Part shown: positions 28,381 to 37,945 of the stretch, piece by piece
How positions within the stretch are numbered: position 1 is the first letter of the stretch
How the letters are laid out: each line of letters opens with the position of its first letter
DNA from: Planctomycetota bacterium
GTDB taxonomy: Bacteria; Planctomycetota; Planctomycetia; Planctomycetales; Planctomycetaceae
Assembly: GCA_039045975.1 (NCBI GenBank)
Contig: JBCCJA010000005.1
Span: 15,009-79,008 of the forward strand
Direction: 5' to 3'
Length of the DNA: 64,000 bases
Translations under genes and position numbers: made by a program
The notes under the pieces: model-generated
Databases searched by the model: none
The model's input: the letters and a program-made list of their open reading frames with translations, nothing else
Told to the model about the DNA's origin: nothing

Positions 28381-28792
28381 CCCAAAGTCGGGCCGCTTCA
28401 AGAAGTTCCTCCCCTTCAACGACGAAGCCAAAGACGAAACCCTCGACCTGATCGCCCACGGCGCGAGCCCCGCCGCCGTCTGCCGCAAACTCGACGTATC
28501 ACCGCAGGCCCTCTATCGGGCCGAGCAGGACGACGCAGACTTCGCCGAACGCCTCGCCGCCGTCCGCCGCTCGCTGACGGAAAACATCGAGGCGGCCCTC
28601 TACCGCTCGGCGATGGAGGGCTCCGTCCCGGCCCAGACGCAGTGGCTGAAGCAGCGTCTCGTCGACCGCGACGGCGAGGACCGCGACGACCCCGACCTCG
28701 CCCGGCTCGAAGCACTCTCCGACGAAGAACTCGCCGCGATGGCCCGAGCCTACGGCGTCACGCTGCCCGAGCCCGAAGAACGGCCCCAGTGA
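28220..28792 (+). CDS. HTH DNA-binding protein, terminase-small-subunit-like
   Basis: DETLDLIAHGASPAAVCRKLDVSPQALYRAEQDDADFAERLAAVRR is an HTH typical of small terminase or excisionase-like proteins. It lies immediately upstream of TerL with an overlap. The only canonical start (ATG 28220) lies 161 nt inside the preceding ORF, so the start is uncertain. Confidence 0.45.
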   Translation: MPRKSPDPTKSDAARESGSSRPKRSPKASTPARSTSSSTTASRSGPDANARRRDPKSGRFKKFLPFNDEAKDETLDLIAHGASPAAVCRKLDVSPQALYRAEQDDADFAERLAAVRRSLTENIEAALYRSAMEGSVPAQTQWLKQRLVDRDGEDRDDPDLARLEALSDEELAAMARAYGVTLPEPEERPQ

Positions 28793-30342
28793 GCAGCCAC
28801 GGCCACGGCGTCGCCGACCTCGTCCGCCGCCTGCCGCGCGGCTGGCGACGCCCGGCGATCCAGAAGCTCCGCATCGTCTTCGAGCGGATCCGCCGGCTCT
28901 CCGCGAAGACGCCCGCCGAGTTCCGCCGACGGCTCCGCCTCACGCCGCTCGACCAAGTCACCCTCGGCGACCGTCTGACCGACTGGCAGAAACGCGACTT
29001 CGCCGCCCTCGACGACGCCTGGACGCGTCTGGCAAAGATCGGCCCGACCGACGACCGCCCGGTCGTCCGCCGGGCCTACCTCGAACGCCCGCGGGGGCAC
29101 TCGAAGACGACCGACCTCGCCGTCCAACTGGCCTGGCTGCTCCGCTTCTCGCCGGTCCGGCTCCGCGGCGTCGTCGCCGCCGCCGACCGCGAGCAGGCGA
29201 AGCTGCTCAAGGACGCCCTCGCCGGCATCGCCGCCGCCAACCCGCAATGGCTCGGACAGCTCAAGTTCCGGGCCGACTCGGTCGGCAATCCGATCACAGG
29301 CTCCGAGGCGACGTTTCTCGCCTCGCACGTCGCCAGTTCGTACGGACTGACGCCCGATTTCGTCGTCTGCGACGAACTCTGCCATTGGACGAAAGAGGAA
29401 TTCTGGCAGTCGCTCGTCTCCGCCGCGGGGAAGCGGCCCGACTGCGTCCTCGTCGTCCTCAGCAATGCCGGCAGCGGGCACGACTGGCGCTGGGACGCAC
29501 GGGAAGCGGCACGCCTCGGCGCGACGGCCGACACGCAATCACCGACCTGGCATTTTTCGACGCTCGACGGCCCGCAGGCCCCGTGGGTCACGGAAGAATC
29601 ACTCGCCGAACAACGCCGCCTGCTCCCGACGGCCGTCTTCGAGCGGCTGTGGCTCAACCGCTGGCAACAGGCCGAGGGGAGCCTGTTCACGCCGACCGAG
29701 GTCGAAGCCTGCGTCGACGACTCGCTCGCCGAGCGCGACGTAGGAACACCCGGAGTCCGTTACGTCGCCGCCGCCGACTACGCAGAAAAACACGACCTGA
29801 CCGCCTGCGTCGTCCTGCACCAAGAACCGACCGAGGACGGCGGCGACCGCATCGTCATCGACCGGCTCGACGTGTTCGTGCCGACGCCCGAAAAACCGAC
29901 GCCCGTCCGGGTCGTCCGCGATTGGATCGTCCGCACCGCCGCCGCCTTCGGCGACGTCCGCTTCGTCGTCGACGAGTTCCAACTCGCCGGCATGGTCCAA
30001 GAGCTCGAGCCGTCGCTCGACGTATCGCGGTTCGAGTTCGCGTCGGGACGCGGCAACCACGAACTCGCGCTCCGCCTCCGCCGCGCGGTCGCCGAGACGC
30101 GTCTCATCTGGCCCCCAGGCTGCGGCGCGAGACCCGACCGGCCCGACGACGACCTGGCGGCGGAGCTGATCGCGTTGAAAATGATCGAACGGCCGAACGG
30201 CCGCGTGCGGATCGATCACGACCGGCTCGGCCACGACGACCGCGCTTTCGCCGTCGGGGCGGCGCTCGTCGAACTCGGACGCACGGACACGACGTCCGCT
30301 CCGGAAACGCTCGAGATCGAACAGGGACGCCTGCTCGACTGA
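28789..30342 (+). CDS. Phage terminase large subunit-like protein
   Basis: GTG at 28789 overlaps the preceding stop. Walker-A-like PRGHSKTTD, Walker-B-like FVVCDELCHW, and nuclease-half acidic blocks YVAAADYAEKHD, FVVDEFQ, GHDDRAFA. The upstream part of the 566-aa track ORF is R-rich shadow. Confidence 0.8.
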   Translation: MSSHGHGVADLVRRLPRGWRRPAIQKLRIVFERIRRLSAKTPAEFRRRLRLTPLDQVTLGDRLTDWQKRDFAALDDAWTRLAKIGPTDDRPVVRRAYLERPRGHSKTTDLAVQLAWLLRFSPVRLRGVVAAADREQAKLLKDALAGIAAANPQWLGQLKFRADSVGNPITGSEATFLASHVASSYGLTPDFVVCDELCHWTKEEFWQSLVSAAGKRPDCVLVVLSNAGSGHDWRWDAREAARLGATADTQSPTWHFSTLDGPQAPWVTEESLAEQRRLLPTAVFERLWLNRWQQAEGSLFTPTEVEACVDDSLAERDVGTPGVRYVAAADYAEKHDLTACVVLHQEPTEDGGDRIVIDRLDVFVPTPEKPTPVRVVRDWIVRTAAAFGDVRFVVDEFQLAGMVQELEPSLDVSRFEFASGRGNHELALRLRRAVAETRLIWPPGCGARPDRPDDDLAAELIALKMIERPNGRVRIDHDRLGHDDRAFAVGAALVELGRTDTTSAPETLEIEQGRLLD

Positions 30343-30388
30343 ATCCCGTCGGGAGTCCGGGTTCTGTCGGAAAAACGTCCGCAACGCT

Positions 30389-30469
30389 GTAGGGCCCCCG
30401 CCTGCCGCATTTCGAGCATACGTGACGCCTGAGATCACCGGAAATTCGGCAGGCGGGGGCCTGCCCTAC
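30389..30469. repeat. Long imperfect palindrome between convergent TerL and rfbD (bidirectional terminator or boundary element)
   Basis: GGCCCCCGCCTGCCG (30393-30407) is the exact reverse complement of CGGCAGGCGGGGGCC (30447-30461). Pairing extends inward (ATTTC/GAAAT after one mismatch) and outward (GTAG/CTAC across a 4-nt bulge). Confidence 0.6.
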
Positions 30470-30486
30470 GACTTTTCCGACGCGGG

Positions 30487-31362
30487 CTAAGAGCTTTCCC
30501 GGATGACCTTCATGTGACGGCCCAGCGCGTCTTCCCAAGAGGGCATCTGACGCCCGATCACGCCCGCGAGCTTCGACGTATCGAGCACCGAATAGGGCGG
30601 ACGGGCCGCCGGGGCACCGAACTCGGCCGAGGTGATCGCCCGCACTTCGGTCGGCAGGCCGGCCTCGGCGAAAATCTTCCGGGCGAACCGGCACCACGTC
30701 GTCGTGCCGCCGTTCACGGCGTGATACAGACCGTACGCATCGGTTCCGCAGAGCTCGATCAGCGCCGCCGCGAGATCGACCGTCGAGGTCGGCGTGCAGT
30801 ACTGGTCATCGACGACCGTCAAGACGGGACGACTCTCCGCGAGCCGGAGCATCGTCTTCACGAAACTACCTTTATCAGGCGCCGCAGACCCATACAGACC
30901 GCAGGTTCTCACGACGAAATGCCGGCGGCAGGCCTGGCGGACGAAGTACTCGCCCGCGAGCTTGCTGACCGCGTAGGCGCTCAGCGGGCCGGGGGCCGCG
31001 TCCTCGCGATACGGTTCGCCCCGCATCCCCGCCGACCCGAACACGAAGTCGGTGCTCACGTGCACGAGAACGAGCCCGAGCTCGTCGCAGACCTTCGCCA
31101 AGTTTCGCGGACCTTCGGCGTTCACACGGAACGCGGCCGCAGGTTCCGACTCGGCCTTATCGACCGCGTTGTACGCCGCGCAGTTAATCACGACGCCGAC
31201 GCCCGCGGCCGCGATCGTCTCCTCGGCCCTCGGATCGGTGATATCGAGCCGGTCTCGGGACAGCCCGACGGCCCGCTCGTCCAACATGCCGCACAGCTCG
31301 GCACCCAACTGGCCCTCGGCGCCGGTAATAAGAATCCGCGGGCCGTCCCCCGTCACACTCAT
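30487..31362 (-). CDS. rfbD: dTDP-4-dehydrorhamnose reductase
   Basis: RILITGAEGQLGAEL (NAD fold), VHVSTDFVF and YAVSKLAGE (YxxxK) are present. Confidence 0.88.
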   Translation of the reverse strand: MSVTGDGPRILITGAEGQLGAELCGMLDERAVGLSRDRLDITDPRAEETIAAAGVGVVINCAAYNAVDKAESEPAAAFRVNAEGPRNLAKVCDELGLVLVHVSTDFVFGSAGMRGEPYREDAAPGPLSAYAVSKLAGEYFVRQACRRHFVVRTCGLYGSAAPDKGSFVKTMLRLAESRPVLTVVDDQYCTPTSTVDLAAALIELCGTDAYGLYHAVNGGTTTWCRFARKIFAEAGLPTEVRAITSAEFGAPAARPPYSVLDTSKLAGVIGRQMPSWEDALGRHMKVIRESS

Positions 31363-31901
31363 GAGTCCGCCACGATTTCGTCGTAAGTCAGACCCTGCTT
31401 GTCTTTCGCAGACAGAGTCGGCTCACCTTCGAGAGGCCAATCGATGCCGAGCTTCGGATCGTTCCAGAGCAATGTCTTTTCGCTCGACGCGTCATAGAAG
31501 TCGGAGCATTTATAAAAGAAATGCGCCCGCTCGCTGAGGACGTAAAAGCCGTGGGCACAGCCGGGCGGTAAATAAAATTGGCGAGGCTCGGCGGCGTCCA
31601 GCGTGACGGTCACGACCTGCCCGCGGGTCGGGGAGTCGGGCCGGATATCGACACAGACGTCGAAGACACGGCCGTGCAGCACCTGCACCAGCTTCCCCTG
31701 GGCGTGCCGCGTCTGGAAATGCAGTCCCCGCAAGATCCCGCGTGAAGACGTCGAGAAATTATCTTGAACGTACGAATTCGGCACGCCTTCGTCGGCATAA
31801 CGTCCCGCGTGAAACAACTCCTGAAAGGACCCACGGGCGTCACCGAACACGTCCGGCGTGACGAGTAAGCACCCTTCGATGGCGGTCTGCGCAACCTTCA
31901 C
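31359..31901 (-). CDS. rfbC: dTDP-4-dehydrorhamnose 3,5-epimerase
   Basis: GCLLVTPDVFGDARGSFQELF...RGLHFQ...QGKLVQVLHGRVFDVCVDIR...GCAHGFYVLSE. The stop overlaps the rfbD start (ATGA). Confidence 0.92.
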   Translation of the reverse strand: MKVAQTAIEGCLLVTPDVFGDARGSFQELFHAGRYADEGVPNSYVQDNFSTSSRGILRGLHFQTRHAQGKLVQVLHGRVFDVCVDIRPDSPTRGQVVTVTLDAAEPRQFYLPPGCAHGFYVLSERAHFFYKCSDFYDASSEKTLLWNDPKLGIDWPLEGEPTLSAKDKQGLTYDEIVADS

Positions 31902-32039
31902 GACGGCCTCGGTGTGTGGTGAATCGGGCGGCGAGAAACACTTACGTTCGACCGACGGAGACTAGCCGTCGCCATGAGCCTCCGACAGCTTCAGGGCCCG
32001 AAAATCAGCCGACGTGACGCATCTTAATTGCTGATATTT

Positions 32040-33125
32040 ATGCGTCCGACGCGCCGGTCCGACACGTCGGCGTCAGCGGTTGCGTCAAAGCGGGCCGGTC
32101 CGGAAACTGAGTTGAAAGAATACGAAACCCGGCCGAAACCCGTGACAGCATCCGCGACTCATCCCGCCGCGGAACGGACCGGCTCGGCGACCACGCCGCC
32201 CGCGGTCAGCATCCTCATCGTCTCCTATAAGTCGTGCGATCTGGTCCTCGAAGCTCTTCGGGGCCTTTTCCGCCACACGCGGCGGGACGACTTCGAGATC
32301 TTGCTCACCGACTGCTCCCGGGACGGGACCGAACGCGCCGTCGCGGAAGCGTTCCCGGACGTGCGGGTCATCCCGGCGACGGGCAACCTCGGCTTTGCCG
32401 GCGGTAACAATTTTTTGGCCCGGCACGCCCGCGGAAGGCTGCTGCTGTTGCTCAATCCCGACGTGATCGTCGCCGACGACGCGATCGGCGAACTCGTCGC
32501 CTGTGCCGAAGCACGGCCCGACGCCGGGGCATGGGGCGGGGTGACCGTGCTGCCGGACGGCCGGACCGACCCGAGTTGCCGGCAGTCGCTGCCGACGCTC
32601 GGCCGGCTCGCGATGGGGGCCGTCGGTTTCGCCGCGCGGGCGGCCGGCGGGCTCGCCGACGACGAAACCGAGGCCCGCGAAGTCGAAGCCCTCAGTGGCG
32701 CCTTCATGCTCGTCGACCGGGCCGTCTGGGAACGGCTCGGCGGCTTCGACCTTTCGTTCTTCATGTACGCCGAGGAACTCGACCTCTGTTATCGCATCGC
32801 GCGGTCCGGGCGACCGGTCGTGATGACGCCTAAGGCGCGGATCACGCACCTGGTCGGCTCCGGCTCGGCCCTCAGCCCGCAGCGACAGACGGCGATCCAC
32901 CGCGCGAAGATGCACTTCTTGCGGAAACACCGCGGCGTCCTGTTCGCCGCGATCGGCGGGGCGGCCCTGTGGCTGGCGGCGTTCAACAGGTGGGCCGGCG
33001 GGTCGGTGATGACTTTCGTGCGGAAGTCATCGCGGTTCCGCGACCTGCGGGACGGGTACGGCCCGGTCGTCTTTCAGCCGTTCGCCTGGTGGGGCGGCTA
33101 CGGCGGGACGGCCGACGCGTCGTGA
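32040..33125 (+). CDS. Family-2 glycosyltransferase
   Basis: VSILIVSYKS...LLTDCSRDGT...GFAGGNN...LLLLNPDV (DxD-like)...SGAFMLVDR are GT-A/GT2 blocks. About 60 aa of N-terminal extension; the start is uncertain. Confidence 0.8.
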   Translation: MRPTRRSDTSASAVASKRAGPETELKEYETRPKPVTASATHPAAERTGSATTPPAVSILIVSYKSCDLVLEALRGLFRHTRRDDFEILLTDCSRDGTERAVAEAFPDVRVIPATGNLGFAGGNNFLARHARGRLLLLLNPDVIVADDAIGELVACAEARPDAGAWGGVTVLPDGRTDPSCRQSLPTLGRLAMGAVGFAARAAGGLADDETEAREVEALSGAFMLVDRAVWERLGGFDLSFFMYAEELDLCYRIARSGRPVVMTPKARITHLVGSGSALSPQRQTAIHRAKMHFLRKHRGVLFAAIGGAALWLAAFNRWAGGSVMTFVRKSSRFRDLRDGYGPVVFQPFAWWGGYGGTADAS

Positions 33126-33985
33126 TTTCGGTCGTCATCCCCGCCTACAACGAAGAGGCGGTCATCGCCCGCACGCTCGACAGCGTGCTCGCCGCGCTCG
33201 AACACGAGCCGGGCGAAATCGTCGTCGCCTGCAACGGCTGTCGCGACAGGACCTACGAGATCGCTTCCTCGTTCGGCGACCCCGTCCGGGTGATCCAGAC
33301 CGAGACCGGTTCGAAGCCTCTCGCATGGAATCTCGGCGACGAGGCCGCGTCGCACTTCCCGCGGTTCTATCTCGACGCCGATATCGAACTCGCCCCCGAC
33401 GCGTTGAGCCTGACGGCCGATCTCCTCCGCGGCGGAGAAGTGCTCGCCGCCGCCCCCGCGATGCGGACCGACCTCACGCGTAGTTCGTGGCCCGTGCGGG
33501 CCTTTTACGACGTCTGGTCGGTCGTGCCGTACCACGCCGCGGGGCACCTCGGGAGTGGGTTCTTCGCGCTCAGCGAGGCGGGCCGGGCACGGTTCGGCCC
33601 CTTCCCGGACCTCGTCGCCGACGACGAGTTCGTCCGCCGTCAGTTCGCCCCTCACGAACGAAAGATCGTCGAAGACACCTGGTTTTCGATCTGCCCGCCC
33701 GCCGACTTCACGAACCTGCTCGCGGTGAAGACCCGTTCGCGTTTCGGCACCTTCCAGCTCGCCTCGAAACATCCGGAACTGACCTCGGGCGACCACGCCG
33801 GAGGGTGGGGCCGGACGCTGAGGACGATCGCGGGCCGGCCGTCGCTGTGGCCGAAGCTGCCCGTCTACATGGCCGTCAACACGATCGTCCGCCGCCGTGC
33901 CGCGTCCCGCATGCGGGCCGCGGCCGAGCCCGCCTGGGACCGTGACGAGACGTCGCGTCTGACGACCGACGCCGCCGCACGCTGA
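33122..33985 (+). CDS. Family-2 glycosyltransferase
   Basis: GTG at 33122 overlaps the previous stop and gives VISVVIPAYNEEAVIARTLDSVLAAL...VVACNGCRDRT...YLDADIEL (DxD). Confidence 0.8.
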   Translation: MISVVIPAYNEEAVIARTLDSVLAALEHEPGEIVVACNGCRDRTYEIASSFGDPVRVIQTETGSKPLAWNLGDEAASHFPRFYLDADIELAPDALSLTADLLRGGEVLAAAPAMRTDLTRSSWPVRAFYDVWSVVPYHAAGHLGSGFFALSEAGRARFGPFPDLVADDEFVRRQFAPHERKIVEDTWFSICPPADFTNLLAVKTRSRFGTFQLASKHPELTSGDHAGGWGRTLRTIAGRPSLWPKLPVYMAVNTIVRRRAASRMRAAAEPAWDRDETSRLTTDAAAR

Positions 33986-34158
33986 CCCGGCCGCCGAGAA
34001 CGTTCGCGCGCGGGCCTTCTCACCGCGAAGCATTTTCTAACGACTGCGGGGACTTTGACGCCCGGATCGGTCATGCCGGTCCTGCCGCCCGTCGATGTCT
34101 GTGATGACCGTCGGGAACACCGGGCGGAGAAACGCGCGTGCCACGGAAAGTGCGGACG

Positions 34159-35265
34159 ATGGGTTTGACGCGGACCGCGATCATCTTGGCCGGCATGACG
34201 CCGCTCGCCCTGTCGGCAGGCTGCGCGAGCGTGCCGACCGGGACGGTGTTGCTCGACACGCCGACCGAACTGAACAAGGTCACGCTGCCGACCTACCGGA
34301 TCGAGCCGCCCGACGTGCTGCAGATCGAATCGACGCGCAACGTCCGGCGGCCCGACGACCTCCTACGGCCCGGCGACGACCTCATCATCGAAGCGGCCAA
34401 CTCCCTGCCGCTCGAAACCGACATCGACCCCGACCTCTATCCGGCCGAATATCGGGCCGCGATCGACCGCGAGGCGACGTTCAAGTTCATCAACGGTCCC
34501 TACAGGATCGGCCCGGACGGGACCGTCGACCTCGGCCCGTATTACGGCAAGGTCGCGCTTGCCGGGCTGACGCTCGCCCAAGCCCGCGACGCGGTCGACG
34601 CTCACCTCGTCGACGGCACGGGGCTCCGCGACCCGCTCGTGACGGTCAACTACGGGTCGGTCAACGTGGAACAACTCGTGACCGGCGAGCACCTCGTCCG
34701 CCCCGACGGCACGGTCGACCTCGGCACGTTCGGGCAGGTCAACGTCGCCGGGCTGACGTTGGAGCAGGCCGAGCAGGTCGTCGCGACCGCCATGTCGGCC
34801 TTCGTCGTCGAGCCGGAGGTCGAGATCGACGTCCTCGCCTTCAACAGCAAATCGTTTTACGTGATCACCGACGGCGGCGGCTTCGGCGAGCAGGTCGTCA
34901 AGCTCCCGATCGTCGGCAACGAGACGGTCCTCGACGCGATCAGCGAGACCCAGGGCCTGTCCCAGGTCTCGAGCAAAAACATCTGGGTCGCCCGGCCCGC
35001 GCCGGCCGGCACCGGCGTCGCCCAGATCTTGCCGGTCCACTGGGAAGAGATCGCCCAGGAGGGCATCACCGACACGAACTACCAGCTCTTCCCCGGCGAC
35101 CGCGTCTACGTGAAGGCCGACCGCCTGATCAAGCTCGACAACTTCCTCGTCAAGGTGACCGCGCCGATCGAACGCGTCTTCGGCGTCATCATCCTCGGCG
35201 ACGACGCGGTCGAATCGCTGCAGTTCGTTCAGACCGGCGCCGGCCTCGGCGGCCTCGGCCCGTAA
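34159..35265 (+). CDS. Polysaccharide export protein (Wza-like; Poly_export plus SLBB domains), lipoprotein
   Basis: Lipobox LALSAGC. LRPGDDLIIEA, YRIGPDGTVDLGPYYGKVALAGLTLAQARDAV and a second copy VRPDGTVDLGTFGQVNVAGLTLEQAEQVV. Confidence 0.82.
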   Translation: MGLTRTAIILAGMTPLALSAGCASVPTGTVLLDTPTELNKVTLPTYRIEPPDVLQIESTRNVRRPDDLLRPGDDLIIEAANSLPLETDIDPDLYPAEYRAAIDREATFKFINGPYRIGPDGTVDLGPYYGKVALAGLTLAQARDAVDAHLVDGTGLRDPLVTVNYGSVNVEQLVTGEHLVRPDGTVDLGTFGQVNVAGLTLEQAEQVVATAMSAFVVEPEVEIDVLAFNSKSFYVITDGGGFGEQVVKLPIVGNETVLDAISETQGLSQVSSKNIWVARPAPAGTGVAQILPVHWEEIAQEGITDTNYQLFPGDRVYVKADRLIKLDNFLVKVTAPIERVFGVIILGDDAVESLQFVQTGAGLGGLGP

Positions 35266-35338
35266 CCGACGCACGGCCGGGCCGCATGGACGCGTCCGCA
35301 CGAAATTCACCGTCGACCCGAGATCGGAAGTCTCCTCG

Positions 35339-36049
35339 ATGCGATATTCAGTCCTGATTCTGGTCGCGACGATCGCCGCCGGCCGGCCGGCGGCGGCCGC
35401 GGACAACGCGACCCCCGTCGACTTCTCTCTCGAATCGCTGCCCTGGGACGATTTCGAGCACGCGTCGGGTAACGGGGCGGGGACGCTGGCGACCGCCGAC
35501 GGCATCAATCCCGTCAATGCGTCTGTCACGCAAACCGAGACGTCCGCGTCTCCGCGAGCACCACGTCTTATGCCGGTGTCAGAGGCCATCGTCCCGGTCG
35601 CCCTGCCGTCTCACGACCCGCGGACCGATATGTCCGCCGCCGACTCGGACGCGACACCCGCCGTTTTCTCCCGGCCCGTCACGGCGCCCGCCGGGGCCGT
35701 CACTCTGACGGCCGGACACGCTCCTCTCGCCTGCGACGTTGACGCCTCGTGCATACCCGAAGATGCGTCTTACCTGTCGAAGATCTCCCGCGTCTTCCGG
35801 GACAAAGCCAGCCTCTTCCTCGGCAAGAAGCGAGAGCAGGAACGGAAGATCGAATACGTCTTCGAGTTCCCCACCGTTCTGCCGTCGGGCTGCCCCTACG
35901 GCTACTACGAACCGAACTGGCAGCCGTTCTGCGATCCGGCCTGCCCGCCGTCGGACGTCGGCGTCCGCATCTTCGACCGGGCCCACGTCCCGGCACCGGC
36001 CCGACCCGCGTCGCTGCCGGCCCCCGCGCCGGTTCTGCCCGCCGAATGA
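35339..36049 (+). CDS. Hypothetical secreted protein
   Basis: Signal-like MRYSVLILVATIAAGRPAAAA. Acceptable GC3. No recognisable domain. Confidence 0.5.
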   Translation: MRYSVLILVATIAAGRPAAAADNATPVDFSLESLPWDDFEHASGNGAGTLATADGINPVNASVTQTETSASPRAPRLMPVSEAIVPVALPSHDPRTDMSAADSDATPAVFSRPVTAPAGAVTLTAGHAPLACDVDASCIPEDASYLSKISRVFRDKASLFLGKKREQERKIEYVFEFPTVLPSGCPYGYYEPNWQPFCDPACPPSDVGVRIFDRAHVPAPARPASLPAPAPVLPAE

Positions 36050-36114
36050 TCACACCTCCGCACGCGTCGGTCCGATAAGATCAGACGCACGAGGCCCTTC
36101 TTGAAACCGACGCG

Positions 36115-36567
36115 ATGCGAACACACCGAACGGTTTTGACCGCCGCGATACTTCTGGCGGTCCCGGTGACGGCCGGAGCCCAGACGTTCATCGCGCCGCC
36201 GCCGCTGCGTCCGTCGCAGCGTCCGACCGTCAGCCCGTTTCTGGCGTTAAACGAAACGCGTCAGCTGACCGGCTCGCTGAACCTGTTCCGCAACGTCCGC
36301 CCCCGGCAGCTGCTGCTGCGAGAGACGCAACGGACGAACCGTGAACTCCGAGAGCTTTCCGACGCGGCCGATACGGCCCGACGCGAACGGTTCCGTCTCG
36401 AGCAGCGGCTCGATCAAGACGTGCTCGCCGACAACCGCGACGAGCAACGACTCCGGACCGGCAACCGGACCCGCTTTTTCCAAACCGCCTCACCCGGCCG
36501 CCCGCGCTTCTCCGACACCGGCAACTACTTCCCGCCGCGTTCGGCAGGCCGTTCCCGCACCCGTTAG
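36115..36567 (+). CDS. Hypothetical secreted protein (R/E-rich coiled segment)
   Basis: Signal peptide MRTHRTVLTAAILLAVPVTAGAQ. No recognisable domain. Confidence 0.5.
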   Translation: MRTHRTVLTAAILLAVPVTAGAQTFIAPPPLRPSQRPTVSPFLALNETRQLTGSLNLFRNVRPRQLLLRETQRTNRELRELSDAADTARRERFRLEQRLDQDVLADNRDEQRLRTGNRTRFFQTASPGRPRFSDTGNYFPPRSAGRSRTR

Positions 36568-36584
36568 GCGGCCGAGCCTGCTGC

Positions 36585-37940
36585 TCAGACCTCCACGGGC
36601 TCCCCGAAGGCCTCTTCGGCCACGACGTCGGTAACGTCGCACGGCAAAGGGCCGAGCAGGCGACGCCAAAAGTCGAGATACACGACTTCGCTCGCGTCCC
36701 AGCTCAGGCCCTGCTCGAACCGGTCCCGCCCGACGCGTCCCATTTCGGCCCGACGGTCGGGATTCTCGAGCAGACTTTTGATCTGCCGCCCCATCTCGGC
36801 CTCGTCATTGTCCGCGACATAGACGGCCGCGTCGGCCGCACTGAAGCGGCTCTCGTTCAGAGCGAAACTGACGATCGGCAACGACATCGCCATGTATTCG
36901 ACGATCTTGTTCATCGTGCAGTGCGTGTTGAAGTCGTCCTCCGGGTCGGGCGCGATCGCGATGTCGGCCGTCGAGAGATGCCGGATCAACTCCTCGTCGG
37001 AGACCCGGCCCGTGAACCGGACGTAGTCGTCGAGCTTCAGCTCGGTCGCCAGACGCACCAGCTCGTCGAACGCTTCGCCCTTGCCGATGAACGTGAACGA
37101 GCAAGACGTCAGTCCCGCGTCGACCGCGTGGCGGATCGCCCGCAGGGCGTAATCGACGCCGTCCTGCCGGCCCATCACGCCGAGATAGACGCCGAGGAAT
37201 TCCCGCCCCCTCTTGAGCGACTCGTCGGGCGTGACCGGTTCGAACATCGACAGCCGCGGCCCGCTGCGGACGACCGTCACGTCGGCGTCGCGTTTGCCGC
37301 CCCGTCCGGTCGCGATCCGCTTGTAACTCTCGTTCGTGGCGATGCAGGCGTCGGCCGCCCGGAAAGTCTTCCGCTCGAACCAGCGGGTCACGTGATACAG
37401 CAGATCCTTACGTCCGAACTTCGCGACGTAGAGTTCCGGGCACAGGTCGTGATGGTCGAAGACGTATTTGACGCCGAATCGTTTCTTGTACGGCTCGGCG
37501 AGGGCCCAGAAGAAATCGGGCGGATTACAGCCCTGAATCGCATCGAACGGGCACTCACGCCACACGCGGGCCAGCAGGCTCTTCGTGTGCGTGTACGAGT
37601 GCCAATACTCGGAAAAATATCCGAACAGGCCGGCCGCTTCCTTCGGCGGCGGGTAGCGATAGACGTGAACGCCGTCGATCACCCGGACAGGTTCGGCCGG
37701 CTCGTCGGGCCGGTCCGGATCGGGCTTCGTCGGACACGGCGAGATCACGCTGACACGCACACCGGCGTCGGCGAGAGCCGTCGCCTCCATCCACACCCGC
37801 CTGTCGAAAGGGACAGGCAGATTCTGGACCAGAATCACAACATGCGGGGAACTCAAAGCACATCTCCGAGTAACGATCAGTTCGGAGCGGCTGGCTGAGA
37901 ACCGTGTAATGTCAGACAGCATAGGCTTCCTGCCGGCCAT
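36585..37940 (-). CDS. Family-4 glycosyltransferase
   Basis: VVILVQNLPVPFDRRVWMEATALADAGVRVSVISP is a GT4 N-domain. The C-domain with NKIVEYMAMSLPIVSF is E-x7-E-like. The start is uncertain (a GTG near VVILV is possible). Confidence 0.8.
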   Translation of the reverse strand: MAGRKPMLSDITRFSASRSELIVTRRCALSSPHVVILVQNLPVPFDRRVWMEATALADAGVRVSVISPCPTKPDPDRPDEPAEPVRVIDGVHVYRYPPPKEAAGLFGYFSEYWHSYTHTKSLLARVWRECPFDAIQGCNPPDFFWALAEPYKKRFGVKYVFDHHDLCPELYVAKFGRKDLLYHVTRWFERKTFRAADACIATNESYKRIATGRGGKRDADVTVVRSGPRLSMFEPVTPDESLKRGREFLGVYLGVMGRQDGVDYALRAIRHAVDAGLTSCSFTFIGKGEAFDELVRLATELKLDDYVRFTGRVSDEELIRHLSTADIAIAPDPEDDFNTHCTMNKIVEYMAMSLPIVSFALNESRFSAADAAVYVADNDEAEMGRQIKSLLENPDRRAEMGRVGRDRFEQGLSWDASEVVYLDFWRRLLGPLPCDVTDVVAEEAFGEPVEV

Positions 37941-37945
37941 TCACA

